Positions 1-14,800 of a stretch of 64,000 nucleotides of DNA are shown here, one piece after another (within the stretch, counting starts at the first letter, position 1; every line of letters starts with the position of its first letter). The translations under genes and the position numbers were made by a program. Location: positions 90,582,001 to 90,646,000 of the forward strand of contig OX597824.1 in assembly GCA_951406725.2 (NCBI GenBank), read 5' to 3'. This DNA comes from Octopus vulgaris (taxonomy: Eukaryota). A model generated the notes under the pieces. The model was not told the DNA's origin, searched no databases, and saw nothing but the letters and a program-made list of their open reading frames with translations.

Positions 1-54
<54 letters not shown>

Positions 55-119
55 TTATATATATATATGAATGTATGTATGTATATATGTATGAATGTAT
101 GTGTTTATGTGTGTGTTTT

Positions 120-340
120 TGTGTCTGCATTTGTTCCCTCCACTATCGCTTGACAAACAGTGTTGGTGTGCTTACTTCCCCGTGACTTAGCGTTTCGGCA
201 AAAAGGACCGATAGAAAACCTACCAGGCTTACAAAGAGTAAGTCCTGAAGATCAATTTATTCGACTAAAAGGCGGTGCTGCAGCACGGCCGCTTTCAAGT
301 GACCGAAAAAAAGCAAAGGAATAAAAGAATAAAAGAATAG
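120..340 (+). mobile_element. SINE family A, 3' half
   Basis: Matches the 3' half of the full copies at 6221, 17219 and 43890 (cgcttgacaa...ttcggcaaaa...gaccgatagaa...cgactaaaaggcggtgct...(aaagaat)n tail). Confidence 0.85.
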
Positions 341-789
341 ACGGATAAATAAATATACAAATAAATAAAACCAACAAGTTATCACGTAAACAACAAAACG
401 AAATCATATACAAAAAAGAAAAAAAACATGCCAAAAACACAATAAAAGAAATAAATGAGAAAACAATTAAGAAAGAAAGAAAGAAAGAAAGAAACCTAGA
501 AAACTATTTACCACAAAATATAAAAGAATAACGGAACAACGGATGAACGGAATAAAGGTGTACGGTAGTTGGGTTGGAGTGTTCGAGGAAAAAGCGGGGA
601 AGGTTGTGGTTGGAAACGAAATGGAATAAGATGGAGTAAACATGTATTTTAATCATTATTGGACATAATAATGGTCGTCTTGTATTGTTTGGCACAATGC
701 TAATGGAATCTGCGAATCTGGCGAAGAACAAGATGATAGAAAACACACATTCAAGTCGCAACAACACAATCATACCAACAAATACAGAT

Positions 790-1935
<1,146 letters not shown>

Positions 1936-2258
1936 TATTTGGTTTGCATGTTTGAGGGTAAGTATATCTAGGAATGCATGTAATTTTCTGCATATATGTA
2001 AGTATGCAAGTATATACGTTTAAGGAGGCGTTTTTGTAATGCATGTATGGACATGTGTGTGTTTGTGTGCGTGTATGTGCATGTGTATGTGCATGTGTAT
2101 GTGTGTGGGTGTGTGTGTGTGTGTAAGAGAGACGCTCACTTCAATCATCGTTTTGAATTAACAGGTAAAAAACAATCAAAAGAATGGAATACGAAACAAT
2201 GGCTACGAAAATGTACTAATGTCATATCGCTTCAACAAGTTTACTCTGTCTCCCTTAC

Positions 2259-2289
<31 letters not shown>

Positions 2290-2944
2290 GTCTGACAGTC
2301 TCTTTTTCTGTCTCTCTCTGGACCTCTCTCTCTCTTCCTTTCTCTCTCCCCCTCTCTAATATTCTCCTTCCTCGTTCCTTCAATCTTTCTGTCAAACTTT
2401 TTGATCGGTTTCACTTTATCGTTTAATCTGTCTCTTTCGTTTTCTCTCTTTCTCTCCCTCTCTCTCTCGCTCTCTCTCCCTCTCTTTCTCCCTCTCTCCC
2501 CCTTTCTCTCCCTTGTTCTTTGTCTTTCTTTTCCTTACTTCTCCCCTCTATTTTCCCTTTCCCTTTCTCATTTCCGTCAGACATGCCCCTCTTGTGGAAC
2601 TCACCTATTTCTCCACCTCTCACTACCACCCATATTCACCTACTCTTCCTGCCATTATTCCTTTCGTCTTTATTTTCACATCCCTCGCCATCCTCCACCC
2701 ACCTATATAATCACTCTCTTCCTACCACTCATCACGTCTCTTTTTCCTCCCACCTCCCATATCACACTGTTACCGTTCTTACACTGGACCTCTTCCCACA
2801 TCTCTCAGATGCACCCTATACAACAAACCCCTATATTCCCCACCCATTTCTACCCACAATCCCACAACTCACCTTACCTGCTCACGCACTTCTGACACAC
2901 TCTACTTCCTCTTCATCGCGTTCTTGATCGTGATGCTCATGCTC

Positions 2945-3180
2945 ATCTTCCTCTTCTTCTTCCTCTTCTTCTTCCTCTTCTTCTTCCTCTTCTTCTTCCT
3001 CTTCTTCTTCCTCTTCTTCTTCCTCTTCTTCTTCTTCTTCTCCTTCCTCTTCTCCTTCCTCTTCTTCTTCCTCTTCTTCCTCCTCTCCTTCTCCCTCGTT
3101 AATCTCCTCTGCCAGTCTTCTTCTTCTTCTTCTTCTTCTTCTTCTTCTTCTTCTTCTTCTTCTTCTTCTTCTTCTTCTTC
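2945..3180. repeat. (CTT)n/(CCT)n polypyrimidine microsatellite
   Basis: Directly visible; partly a 12-bp (cctcttcttctt)n periodicity. Confidence 0.95.
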
Positions 3181-3721
3181 TGTCCATATCCCACGCACTT
3201 TACAAACCACTACACCTAGTCCTTCTTCCTCAAAACATTGACCCCCTACCACCGGAATCTCTCCTTCCGATCATCACATTGCTGCAGGTTTCATCAAATT
3301 ACAATGGTTTAAACAGAACCTTAAAGACACCAATCTTCCTGATATTGGATGCCAGCCACATTGGCCTATATAAAACAAATATCCCATCACCCATTTCAGA
3401 TTCCGTCTTTACCCACAACTTTCTTTGCTTGTTTCCACAAATCTCTCTATAATTTCCCCACAACTCTTTCAGCGTTCCACTATATCTCCATGCTTCTCCT
3501 CACATCTAACCTCACCTCGTTCTTCCTCACATCACTCTTCCTCTCTACCTTACGTTACCAGTAATGTTCTCTTATATCGTTCTCTTAGATCCTCCTGTGT
3601 ATATTCTGTTGTGATTTTATCGTTTGTTGTTAGGATGTATATTTGGTTGAGGACAAAGTGTACGTACGCCGCTATACATATAGTTAATCCAAACAAGAAA
3701 ACACAAAAAAACACAACAACG

Positions 3722-3889
3722 CGAGGACGTGGAACAAATATAGTATTATTGGACGCTCATGAAAGAAGGAAAGAAGGAGGGTTTAACGTTTCGAGCGGAG
3801 CTCTTCGTCGGAAACATAGGAGAAGGAAAGATCAGGAGAAGGGAAGACAGAGGAAAAAAATCGCCAACGGTACACACGCAGTCACATTT

Positions 3890-3890
<1 letters not shown>
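3722..3890 (-). mobile_element. PLE-derived terminal module with hammerhead-like motif
   Basis: Minus strand reads gttt-CCGACGA-agagc-tcc-gctc-GAAACGTT-aaac; same architecture as 8259, 14322, 39219, 45303 and 49011. Confidence 0.6.
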
Positions 3891-3941
<51 letters not shown>

Positions 3942-3943
<2 letters not shown>

Positions 3944-4070
3944 AATACAAAATGGGACAAGAACGCAAAACATCCAAATAGACGATACAAAAAACACGGA
4001 CGGGTCATTCGAAGCCTCTAATTTTCAGTCAAGAACCGGATCATCCTCGAAATTTCGGTTGTCAGCGAAG
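3942..4070 (-). mobile_element. Dispersed repeat homologous to 43095-43305 (unclassified, possibly PLE-derived)
   Basis: Reverse complement shares ccgaaatt.cgaggat...cttgactga...ggcttcgaatgacccgtcc...ggatgttttgcgttcttgtcccattttgtattt with 43140-43300. Confidence 0.6.
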
Positions 4071-4164
4071 TCGTATGTGTTCTGAATGTGGCAACTTCCA
4101 TTGTGAAGCGTTTGTTTGTTGCGGTTCATTTAATCATTTGGTTGTGTAATCCAAGGCTTTGTTT

Positions 4165-4745
4165 ATTCTCAGAGCGTATTCTGTCTATGAGTTGTTATAT
4201 TTCAACTTTTCAAAATTTAATTTTTAAATTATAAATCACAGATCCTTCGTGAATATTTTTGCTGTAATATTTTCCACACTGTTTGTCTCCGTAACTCATG
4301 TCTTTTTTCTTCATAATGGTTCTGCGTGTTGGATACGGCGTTGCTATTTTGATTTTATTTTCAGTGCATGTTCTGTCTATAAATCATTACACTTCAGCAT
4401 TTCCAAATTTGATATGTTTAATTATGAATCTCCGTACATTCGCGAATGTATTTGCTGTAATATTTTTCTCACTTTGTAACTAGTACGTTTTCTTCTATAA
4501 TGTTTCGCACGTCGGATATAGCCTTGCAGTTTAGTTTGAGTTTATCCTCAGAGCATTTTCTGTCTATAAGTCGCTGTATTTTCACTTCTGGAAATTTGAT
4601 ATTTATAATTATGCATCTTCGCATTTTCATAGTATATTTGATGTAATATTTCCCTCAATTTGCTTTCTCTTTTTTTGGTTTCCGTAACTCATAAGTGTCT
4701 TTCATAACGTTTCTTCGCGTTAGATATAAAGTTGCTGTATCGAAA
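4165..4745. repeat. Three diverged ~190-bp tandem units
   Basis: Units start near 4168, 4360 and 4547; each has tcag.gc...ttctgtctat, aaattt.at, t.tttg.tgtaatattt, gtaact and ataa.g.tt in the same order. Confidence 0.7.
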
Positions 4746-5039
4746 GTACGTAACGTAAATGTAAATTGCCTACACCATAAATTTGTTCTACTCCCTTTTG
4801 CACTTGGTTTCTGGAGATAAGGTTGGAAATTGTCAACGACTGTTCCCTTGTCTGTCTTTTTCCTCAGCGGGAGGTCATCTTTAGAGAAGCATTGACTTTT
4901 GAGATTATCTCGCCTTGTCATATGGAGTTAGTCTTAATTGATAATTATCACCCCGTTCTCTACAGGGAGAGATAATTTAAATAAATCAAGAATTTATATT
5001 GTATGATATTTGTCTATGTTATATAAATATAATATTAAT

Positions 5040-5440
5040 TGGTTCAACAGTTTCTTTTAGCTTTTATATATTTCGGACACTGACATTAACAGACGGGTCA
5101 AGTGATGCCTTCAGAGGTCTGCGCTCTTGACCGCGTTACGATGGTCTTATCTTACACTAATCGTAATAAACTCACGCCATAAGATTATTCTTACATAGTG
5201 GTCAAGCAAGTATTGGTTTCATTAATGGTCAGTTTATCACTCATCATAATTGATCGGTTTTTTTAAATACTTTTTGTATAGTGGTAGAGCAATGTCGGTT
5301 CATCTTTTTGCATTTCTATTTAAATGTGAGTTTCATTTTTGTTTGTATGACCAAGATTTTAGTTTTATTTTTTCACGTGTATGCCGCACAAACGGTAAAT
5401 TCTTGCTGTAGTACTCATATGATCCGTCTAATCTGATAAG
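5040..5440 (-). mobile_element. Possible decayed PLE 3' end
   Basis: Minus-strand peptide fragments KIKLKILVIQTK and IEMQKDEPTL weakly resemble a GIY-YIG C-terminus, followed by CTGAAG...ccGAAA. Weak support only. Confidence 0.25.
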
Positions 5441-5527
5441 TTTTAGTTGCATATATCGGAGTCATTACATTTTGTTCCGTTTTGTATTCAAAAGTTCGTC
5501 CCGCATGTACTCTCTGTATACGTACGT

Positions 5528-6110
<583 letters not shown>

Positions 6111-6111
6111 A

Positions 6112-6371
6112 TCGATAGATGCTCTGCTTTAGAAATTTATAGAGGATTAGTGGTGGGGAAGTGCGACGACGTTCTTGGGGAAACTCTGGCGCCGACGAGA
6201 ACAAACTGGCTAATCTGTTCCGTAGGAGTTGCTGTGTGGTAAGTAGCTTGCTTACGAACCACATGGTTCCCGGTTCAGTCCCACCTTGGGCAAGTGTCTT
6301 CTACTATAGCCTGGAACAGACCAAAGCCTTTTCAGTAGATTTGGTAGACGGAAAGTGAAAGAAGCCCGTCG

Positions 6372-6402
<31 letters not shown>

Positions 6403-6422
6403 GTGTGTGTGTGTGTGTGTGT

Positions 6423-6487
<65 letters not shown>

Positions 6488-7200
6488 TGTATATGTTTGT
6501 GTGTCTGTGTTTGTCTCTCTAACATTGCTTGACAACCGATGCTGGTGTGTTTACTCCCCCGGAACTTAGCCGTTCGGCAAAAAGGAACCGATAGAATAAG
6601 TACTAGGCTTACAAAGAATAAGTCCTGGGGTCGATTTGCTCGACTAAAGGCGGTGCTCCAGCATGGCCACAGTCAAATGACTGAAACAAGTAAAAGAATA
6701 AAATAGTAAAAGAGATGTCCTTGGCCTGGCAGTGCTACCGGGGAATGTGCTACCGGATGTGCTATTAGACGGGCTTGTCCGAGATACGCGTAGAGTAACG
6801 AAACCGTTCTGCCCTCACTCGTTCAGATTCCGGTAATTGCTGATTTGTGCGGTTGTGTCGAACAGCTGCTCTCACGTGTGGGACGGATATGTCTGTTGGC
6901 CGAATCCGTAGTGATGATCGCACCGCCGCCCTCCTTCAATCGGACAAGCAAGGCAGTTTTCCTTTGCCTGGTGGCTGTTGCGAAAGAGGTTGTTTGATGG
7001 ACAAGGCTGAAAAGCATGAGGACCGATAGATTCCTCTTTGGTAGGGATCTCATTGACTTTTTGAAGTTTCCCTTGGAAAGGGAATTGAGAGCGGAGAGGA
7101 AAGTGCTGCCCTCGAGTGAGTTTATTGAAAGGTTGGTGAAAGTTGCGAAAATGGCAAGAGTACCTCTCTAGGTGTAGACCGGCGAGTTAGAGAGAAGGGA
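6112..7200 (+). mobile_element. Decayed L1/Tx1-clade LINE ORF2 C-terminus (zf-RVT region), interrupted by a SINE at 6221-6714
   Basis: Hand translation: SLAWQCYRE...RACPRYA*SNETVL...VEQLLSRVGRI...AVFLCLVAVAKEVV*WTRLK...RELRAER. This fits a degraded CxxC-ET-H zinc knuckle and the AKxxIWxxR motif; stops and frameshifts are present. Confidence 0.65.
6221..6714 (+). mobile_element. SINE family A, full length (tRNA-derived head, internal microsatellite)
   Basis: A-box-like gctgtgtggtaag, B-box-like ggttcagtccc, CORE-like ccttgggcaagt, internal (TA)/(TG), conserved 3' half and taaaaga tail; multiple copies in the window. Confidence 0.92.
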
Positions 7201-7259
7201 TTGGAGAGGGCACCTTTTCCTGAGAACAAAACTGAGAACATTCTTAAGAAAAAAATCTT

Positions 7260-7371
7260 CCCAGTCACATGATTCCGGGTTCAGTCCCACTGTAGGACAC
7301 CTTGGGCAAGTGTCTTCCGCTATAGCTTCGAGCCAACCAAAGCTTTGTGAGTGGATTTGGTTGACGGAAAC
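7260..7371 (+). mobile_element. SINE family A, 5' fragment
   Basis: ccgggttcagtcccactg...ccttgggcaagtgtcttc...gtgagtggatttggttgacggaaac. Confidence 0.85.
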
Positions 7372-7373
7372 TT

Positions 7374-7422
<49 letters not shown>

Positions 7423-7430
<8 letters not shown>

Positions 7431-7542
7431 ATCACGTGACCAACCAGATCATCAGATGTTGTTACACATCGCTGGTCACAATGCATTCGCATTGTTTTAG
7501 CCTTCGAATGACGCCACCCCGCTGGCTAAACGAGCAGGCCAA
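7423..7542 (-). mobile_element. SINE family B, 3' end
   Basis: Reverse complement matches 31083-31207 (ttcgaaggc.aaaa...atgcattgtgaccag...gtgatcacgtgat). Confidence 0.8.
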
Positions 7543-7544
7543 TA

Positions 7545-7616
<72 letters not shown>

Positions 7617-7815
7617 TAATAATAATATTAAGGAATAAATCCAAACTTACAGGGAAAAATTAGAATGAGGATTAAATCTAATTTTACAGTATAAATATAT
7701 ATATTACATTAGAGATAAAACCACTATTAGGCAAATCAAACAGTGAAAAACATAAACCAATACATAGAAATAAAATTAATTAATATAATATATTAATTAG
7801 TGGTTTTATCTCTAA

Positions 7816-7911
<96 letters not shown>

Positions 7912-7924
7912 TATGTATATATAT

Positions 7925-8060
7925 ATAAGCAACACGGATATCCAGAGGTAATGCTCTACATTTTAAATTGATGTAATGTTTGCATTGTTCAATTAAACAA
8001 TTAAATGGAGTCGCATGAAACGATCGTTCTGCATTACCTCTGGATCTCCTTGTTGCTTAT
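7925..8060. repeat. Fold-back element with ~30-bp inverted arms
   Basis: ataagcaacacggatatccagaggtaatgc versus gcattacctctggatctccttgttgcttat (2 mismatches). Confidence 0.85.
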
Positions 8061-8221
8061 TTTGATTATTTTCTCCCCATCTTGAACTATATGGATAATA
8101 CCATACTAAATTCTGGTGCCTTTAACTTAAGTACCATATTCATCTGAATCTAAATTTTACTGAACTTATTACACACACGCACAAATACACACACACACAC
8201 ACATTCACATATATATATACG

Positions 8222-8391
8222 CATTTTTTCTCTCCTTGCTTTTTTTCTGTGTATCTTTCTGTCGAAGGGCGTAGGCTCGAAACGTAAAAGACTTTTTCTA
8301 TTTCTATTCCTGAGCGCCATACTAATACATTTGTTTGTTTGTACTCCACCTGCCTTCGTCTTTTGTTTATTTTCGTAAACTTTCCCGTTAT

Positions 8392-8392
<1 letters not shown>
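8222..8392 (+). mobile_element. PLE-derived terminal module with hammerhead-like motif
   Basis: tcttt-CTGTCGA-agggc-gtag-gctc-GAAACGTA-aaaga, then the shared tail ctaatacat...ttcgtcttttgt; homologous to the 3' UTR of the PLE at 48186-49130. Confidence 0.7.
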
Positions 8393-8465
<73 letters not shown>

Positions 8466-8514
8466 GTATGCCTGTATATATGTATGTATGTATGTATGTA
8501 TGCATGTATGTCTG

Positions 8515-8548
<34 letters not shown>

Positions 8549-8589
8549 TGTATGTATGTATGTATGTATGTATGTAGTATGTATGCCTG

Positions 8590-8623
<34 letters not shown>

Positions 8624-9170
8624 TTAGGTAGTTTCACATAAAATGGTGAATTTGAAAGGTAACAATAAAATGTTTCAGAAGTGCTAGAAAACTGATTTAT
8701 TTAATCAAAGTAAGATTCATGTTCATTTATGATGTTTACACCCAACTTTTCTCTATGTCATATATGCCGTCTTTAATAAAAAAAAAAATTCATCTTTTGC
8801 TGTGATAAACTGTCCGAATATTTCAATTACCTCTTCTCTATTTAAGAATGTTTTATTGCTTATGAAAAGCTCAGAATGCTTAAATAAGCGATGGTCAGGA
8901 GGAGAGATATCAGGGGAATAGGGAGGATGTTGCAAAATCTTATAATTCAGGCTTTGCAACTTTTGGACCTTAGCTTTCATTTCCCGCTGATAAGGAACTT
9001 GAACCATACAAACGCGCCATTTCGTGTAAATTATATCCGAGGACCGCAACTGTCGGCCGAAGATTTTCCTAGAATATGCTTGAATGAGTGGAGTTTGTGT
9101 TCGTTTCTCATTTTCTGAATTTCGAGCGTTGGGTCCTGAATCTGACTCTTCGACGCTAAATTCTATGGAA
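8624..9170 (-). mobile_element. Mariner transposon remnant (internally deleted)
   Basis: ORF track peptide KLQSLNYKILQHPPYSPDISPPDHRLFKH carries the mariner YSPD(L) motif; TA plus ttaggt TIR-like end at 8622-8650. Confidence 0.85.
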
Positions 9171-9174
9171 AATC

Positions 9175-9345
9175 TAAAAATGTGTGTAGGGATATATAAG
9201 GCGATTACGTCCGCAATTCCCGTCCCATCGTAACTGCTTAAGCCATAGAACAATGCTGGAGTCTTTGCATTCATAAAGAAGGTTGACATCGATGTCAGAA
9301 TTGGAAATATTATACTCGAGTCAGATTTTTCTAAATATTTTGAAA
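9175..9345 (-). mobile_element. PLE reverse transcriptase fragment
   Basis: FMNAKTPALFYGLSSYDGTGIADVIALYI aligns by eye with IMNAGKSIL...GYDGAVIVELIALS of the PLE at 22250-22400. Confidence 0.6.
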
Positions 9346-9349
9346 TATG

Positions 9350-9371
9350 TGAGTGTGTGTGTGTGTGTGTG

Positions 9372-9428
<57 letters not shown>

Positions 9429-9583
9429 GAAAGAGAATGAGCGAGAGAGACAGAAAAAGGAAGAGAGGGTGAGAGAGAGGAAAAGAGAGGGAGATAGAGA
9501 CGGGATGTATATACTGAGAATCGCAGTACTTGACGACGATAACGATGATGACAATGGCGATGACAATGGCGATGATGATGATG

Positions 9584-9654
<71 letters not shown>

Positions 9655-10082
9655 GATGGTGGTGATGGTGAGGAGAAGGAGGAGACTGTAGATGATGATG
9701 GTAATGATGAGGTTGAAAAACTACGATGATGTCTTGGAAGAACCTTGTGGTAGAGGTAGTGGTGTTGTTGTTGGTGGTGGTGGTGGCCATGCGCGGGTTG
9801 GATGTCAAATGAGAATCGAATGAACCAAGGAATCCACTAACAAATAAAAAAAAACACCGATAATTTCGCACCACACAGACACATACACACATATATTGTA
9901 TATTTCATACACACACACATATATGTATATGCACATGTATATACATATGTATGTATATACATGTATATATATATGCATATATACACATACATATATACAT
10001 ATACACATATATATTCATATACATATATCTATCTATTTATCTATCATATATATATATCATATATATCTATCTATATATCTAT

Positions 10083-10125
<43 letters not shown>

Positions 10126-10563
10126 ATACATATATATATATACATATACACACATATATATATACATACAATTATGTATACATATACATATTACATATAT
10201 ATGTGCTTGTGTGTGTGTTTTATATGTATATATGTGTGTGTGTGTGTATGTGTGTGTATGTGTGTGTGTGTAGGTGTTGTGCATATATGTGCGTGTGTGT
10301 GTGTAGATATATATACCCATGTAGAAGTATGCATTTTCTAACAGCGAACCATCTCAGCATCTACCGCCACCTACCGCCACTCTTTCAATCCATCACATTT
10401 TTTTTTTCTCCTCTCCATCTCTCTTTTTTGTTCCTTGTTTCCATTCTTTTCTTCCTTATTCATATCACTCTGATTAACGCAGCGAACCTCCATTTCCTCC
10501 ACATCCTGTGAAATGCTTCATTTTCTGTGACCAACATTGTATTTGCTGCTTCTTTTTTTTCCT

Positions 10564-10597
<34 letters not shown>

Positions 10598-10995
10598 TTC
10601 TTTGCAACTCTTTGCGCTCATATAAAATGTCTTCGGAGAAAATAAATAAACGAATAAAATAAAATAAAATAAAATAAAATAAAATAAAATAAAATAGAAA
10701 TAAAATGTAATGGTACGAACGAATAACAAGAATGATAACATCATCGTCATCATCGTCATCAACATAATCCTCATCACCATCGTGGTCATCATCATCATCA
10801 TCATCAGCGTCGTCGTCATCATCATCATCATCGTCGTCGTCGCCGTCATCATCATCATCATCATAAACATCTTTGTCATCGTTATCGTCATCGTCGTCAT
10901 CTTTCCTCTCATCATCATCGTCGTCAACGTCATCATCTTCATCATCAACTTAAACATCATCATTGCCCTTATCATCGTTGTCATCATCATCATCG

Positions 10996-11065
<70 letters not shown>

Positions 11066-11206
11066 TACCATCTTCATCATTACCATCCTCCTCCTCCTCC
11101 TCCTCCTCCTCCTCCTCATCATCATCATTATTATCATCATCATTACCATCACAATCTTGAAAAACAAAGTACGAACGCCACCGTCACGACCACCACCGAC
11201 AACAGC

Positions 11207-11246
<40 letters not shown>

Positions 11247-11415
11247 CACAAGAACAACAGCAACGAGGACAACAACAAGACGAAATAGGACAAAAACAAC
11301 TGCAGCAGCAGCAACAACAACAATTACAAGAAGAAAAGAACAAAAACTAATCAACACCAACCACAATAACAAGAAAAACAACGTCGATTGTTACAAGAAG
11401 AACCGTATCAACAAG

Positions 11416-11459
<44 letters not shown>

Positions 11460-11490
11460 ACAACAACAAAAACGGGAGCAACAACAACTA
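9350..11490. repeat. Compound microsatellite field (GA)n, (GAT)n, (AT/AC)n, (AAAAT)n, (CAT)n, (AAT)n, (CAA)n
   Basis: Directly visible. Confidence 0.9.
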
Positions 11491-12268
11491 TAAGTGTTAG
11501 TAGAGCAGTATTGATAACAAGAACAAACTATAAATAATTACAATAAAATAATATAAAAAAAAATAAGAAGAATAAAAATAAAGACAAAAATAAAGAATTG
11601 GTAAAGAAAAATAAAAAAAAATTCTTCTAAAAACAATTCTAACAAATATCTTAGGCAATTTTCTCAGCCTTCCCCCTTTCCGTACCACCGCATTCAATCT
11701 AGTACAACCACTAGTAAAATCATTGAGACAGCAGGCAGCTCGCTTGATTCTGCACCTCCAATGACCGAACGAGAGAGATGCGGGGAAGCGAGGAAGAGGT
11801 GTAGTGAGAGGAGAAAGTTATTAGGAGATGAAGAGGAGTGGTGTGAGGAAAAGTGGAAAGGCGGTTGGAGTGGGGAAGCTGGGTGTAGAAAGATTTTATT
11901 TCCCGCCAATTTGGTATCCAATTTTCCCCCTATTTAATGTGATTCTATTGGAAATGTCCCTCCATTTAGGACCCTTCGAGATACCTATGTGTATGTATGT
12001 ATATATGTATGTATGCATCCATGTACGTGTGTGCGTGTATGTACGTATGTATGAATGTATGTAGGCATGTATGTATGCGTATGTATGTAATGTATGTATG
12101 TATATTGGCATATCTTTATGTATGTATATGTATACACATAGATGCACACATAAGTGTATGTGGACATAACTACACCCAAACACACACGTACACATGCATA
12201 CACACAATCACAGACATACATGCTTGCAAAGTGGAATTAGATATCTCTAACATCTAAAGATTCCCTGA

Positions 12269-12333
<65 letters not shown>

Positions 12334-12376
12334 GTATACATTTATGTATATATGAATATATCATTGTATATATACA

Positions 12377-12481
<105 letters not shown>

Positions 12482-12737
12482 GTGTGTGTCTGTATATATA
12501 TATATATATACACACACATTTAATGTGTGTATGCGTGAATTGAAACACATTTATGCACATGCAAGTGCGTGCACGTGCGTACGCGCGCCACTGAGTTTGT
12601 ACGTGATAGTAAAGAAACATGCTCTTGTCATATGTCTATCGTTCTATCTCTGCTTATATTTACTCACCTGCACAAGTTTGCCTTACATATACGACTGAGT
12701 GTGCGTAAAACAGTGATTGAAGCAATATGTATGTATG

Positions 12738-12771
<34 letters not shown>

Positions 12772-12785
12772 TGTATGTATGTATA

Positions 12786-12868
<83 letters not shown>

Positions 12869-12903
12869 CTATGTATGTATATGTGTATATATATGTATAT
12901 ATA

Positions 12904-13288
12904 TCTCTCTATATATAAACGGCAGTTTGTCTGTGCGTGTTTCTGTGTGTCTGTTTGCTTGTACCCTCACCCTGACCACGGCTTTCAACCGATTCTGATG
13001 AAACTTGACACACACATAGCCCAATGTCATAATTCAAAACTAACGCAGCGGAAATTTTGAAAAGTTCCCCCAGTTCTGAAAATAAATCGATAAATTCGAC
13101 ATGGGGTCGAGAATCAGAAACACAAACCGCAAACTGTCTAGGGGACGCAACTCCACCTTTTTTAACTAAAAAAAAAAATTTACCATCATTTTTTTCCATT
13201 TTTTTGCTATTTTTTGGCTATAACTCTCTAAAAATGCTTTATAGTTATTTCCCTTACAAACCTGAGCAACGCCGGGCGATACTGCTAG
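12904..13288 (+). mobile_element. Non-autonomous Helitron
   Basis: Begins A|TC(tctctatatataaa) and ends with an imperfect hairpin (cctgagcaacgccggg) followed by CTAG|T; A/T target, no TSD; internal accgattctgatgaaacttg typical of such elements. Confidence 0.8.
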
Positions 13289-13339
13289 TAAATATATAAA
13301 TGCAAGTGCATATATATTTACACATTTATATATATATAT

Positions 13340-13371
<32 letters not shown>

Positions 13372-13551
13372 TGTATGTATGTATGTATCTATGTATGTAT
13401 CTATCTATCTATCTATCTATCTATCCATCTATCTATCTATCTCTATCTATCTAACTATCTATCTTACTGTGTTTATATGCATACGAGCATGCAAATATAT
13501 GCATATAGAGAGAGCGTAAGAATTACAGATAAATAGAGACAAATAGATAGG

Positions 13552-13604
<53 letters not shown>

Positions 13605-13669
13605 CAAGCTCGCTAGCTAGATAGATAGATCGATAGATAGATAATAGCAAAATAGTTCTCTAGATCGAT

Positions 13670-14110
13670 ATATCTTCATCCTAATCCACGCCTTTATCAT
13701 CTCTGAAGGAGGAACCCTCCCTGGACACTTCCCACCGCTGCGAAATCATCTCACCATCTTGACTTTGATTAGCCTCTTGATCTTGTCGATTGTGTTTTTC
13801 TCCATTCCACCACCCTTATTGTCCATCTGTTGTCCTTCAGTCATGCGATGTCGCCAACGCATCTGTATCCGGTCCCCTTGATGGTTCTTATGATGTCGTT
13901 GACTATCGTGAGTAGTCGAATCCAGAAGATGGTTTTCTTGTCTCGCAATGAGATGTCGAGCAAGATTCATACTATTTTCTGTAGAGCTACAATGAGGACA
14001 TTCACAATGGTAGGGTTGACAGCCCATGTTTCACGGCCGTACTTCATCACTTGCAGAATGTACTCGATGAAAATATTTCTTCTAGTTTTCATGGAAGCCC
14101 TGAGACTAAA
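13670..14110 (-). mobile_element. RTE-clade LINE, decayed 3' fragment
   Basis: Hand translation: MKTRRNIFIEYILQVMKYGRETWA ... DIIRTIKGTGYRCVGDIA*LKDNRWTIRVVEW...RSRG*SKSRW*DD. This matches the RTE motifs YGxETW, WAGH.AR..D.RW and RGRP..RW.D. Confidence 0.85.
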
Positions 14111-14206
14111 CCTATGGAAGCCTATAATACACATGCATATATATATATTATATAATTTAAATGCATATGTATATTATAATATACATGCATATATATATAT
14201 ATTTAC

Positions 14207-14250
<44 letters not shown>

Positions 14251-14299
14251 TCCAGTAATGTAGCTACACACGTGCTGTTCGTGATATCTATGTTCTTCT

Positions 14300-14430
14300 T
14301 TGGACTTTACTCTTTCCCATTCCGACGAAGAGCTATGCTCGAAACGTCAAACTCTCATTTTACTTAGCGTCAAGCGAATACATTCCTTGTGCAAGTCCTC
14401 TTATTATCCGTTAATTTGATTATTCGTTCA
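14300..14430 (+). mobile_element. PLE-derived module with hammerhead-like motif
   Basis: CCGACGA-agagc-tat-gctc-GAAACGTC at 14322-14348. Confidence 0.65.
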
Positions 14431-14431
14431 G

Positions 14432-14486
<55 letters not shown>

Positions 14487-14568
14487 ATAATAATACATAT
14501 AACATATATACGTTTATATATATATATATATATATATATAGTCAAATCATTTTATTTATTTAATTATG

Positions 14569-14670
14569 TAAGCCTGGTACTCCATTCATTTTGTCGAACC
14601 GTTAAGTTACTGGGATGTAAACAAACCAAAACAAATTGCCAAGCAGTAGTGGTGGACAAACACAGAGCAG
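14569..14670 (-). mobile_element. SINE family A, diverged 3'-half fragment
   Basis: taagcctggtact...gaaccgttaagttactgggatgtaaac. Confidence 0.65.
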
Positions 14671-14694
14671 AGACACACACACATACACACGACA

Positions 14695-14800
14695 TCGACG
14701 ACGAAGGGCTATGCTCGAAACGTCAGAAATTCTTTTTACCTAACGCCAAACTAATACATTCCTTGTGCACATCTTTTTGTTGTTTGTTATTGTTTATTTT
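14695..14800 (+). mobile_element. PLE-derived module with hammerhead-like motif
   Basis: CGACGA-agggc-tat-gctc-GAAACGTC, then ctaatacattccttgtgca as in the 14322 copy. Confidence 0.65.

Noticed and set aside
3221-3570. LINE endonuclease fragment (SDH-like motif)
   Set aside because: A single short motif without other supporting conserved blocks.
8753-9892. 379-aa gene with poly-His
   Set aside because: Read-through of microsatellites plus PLE and mariner remnants; the catalytic transposase core is missing.
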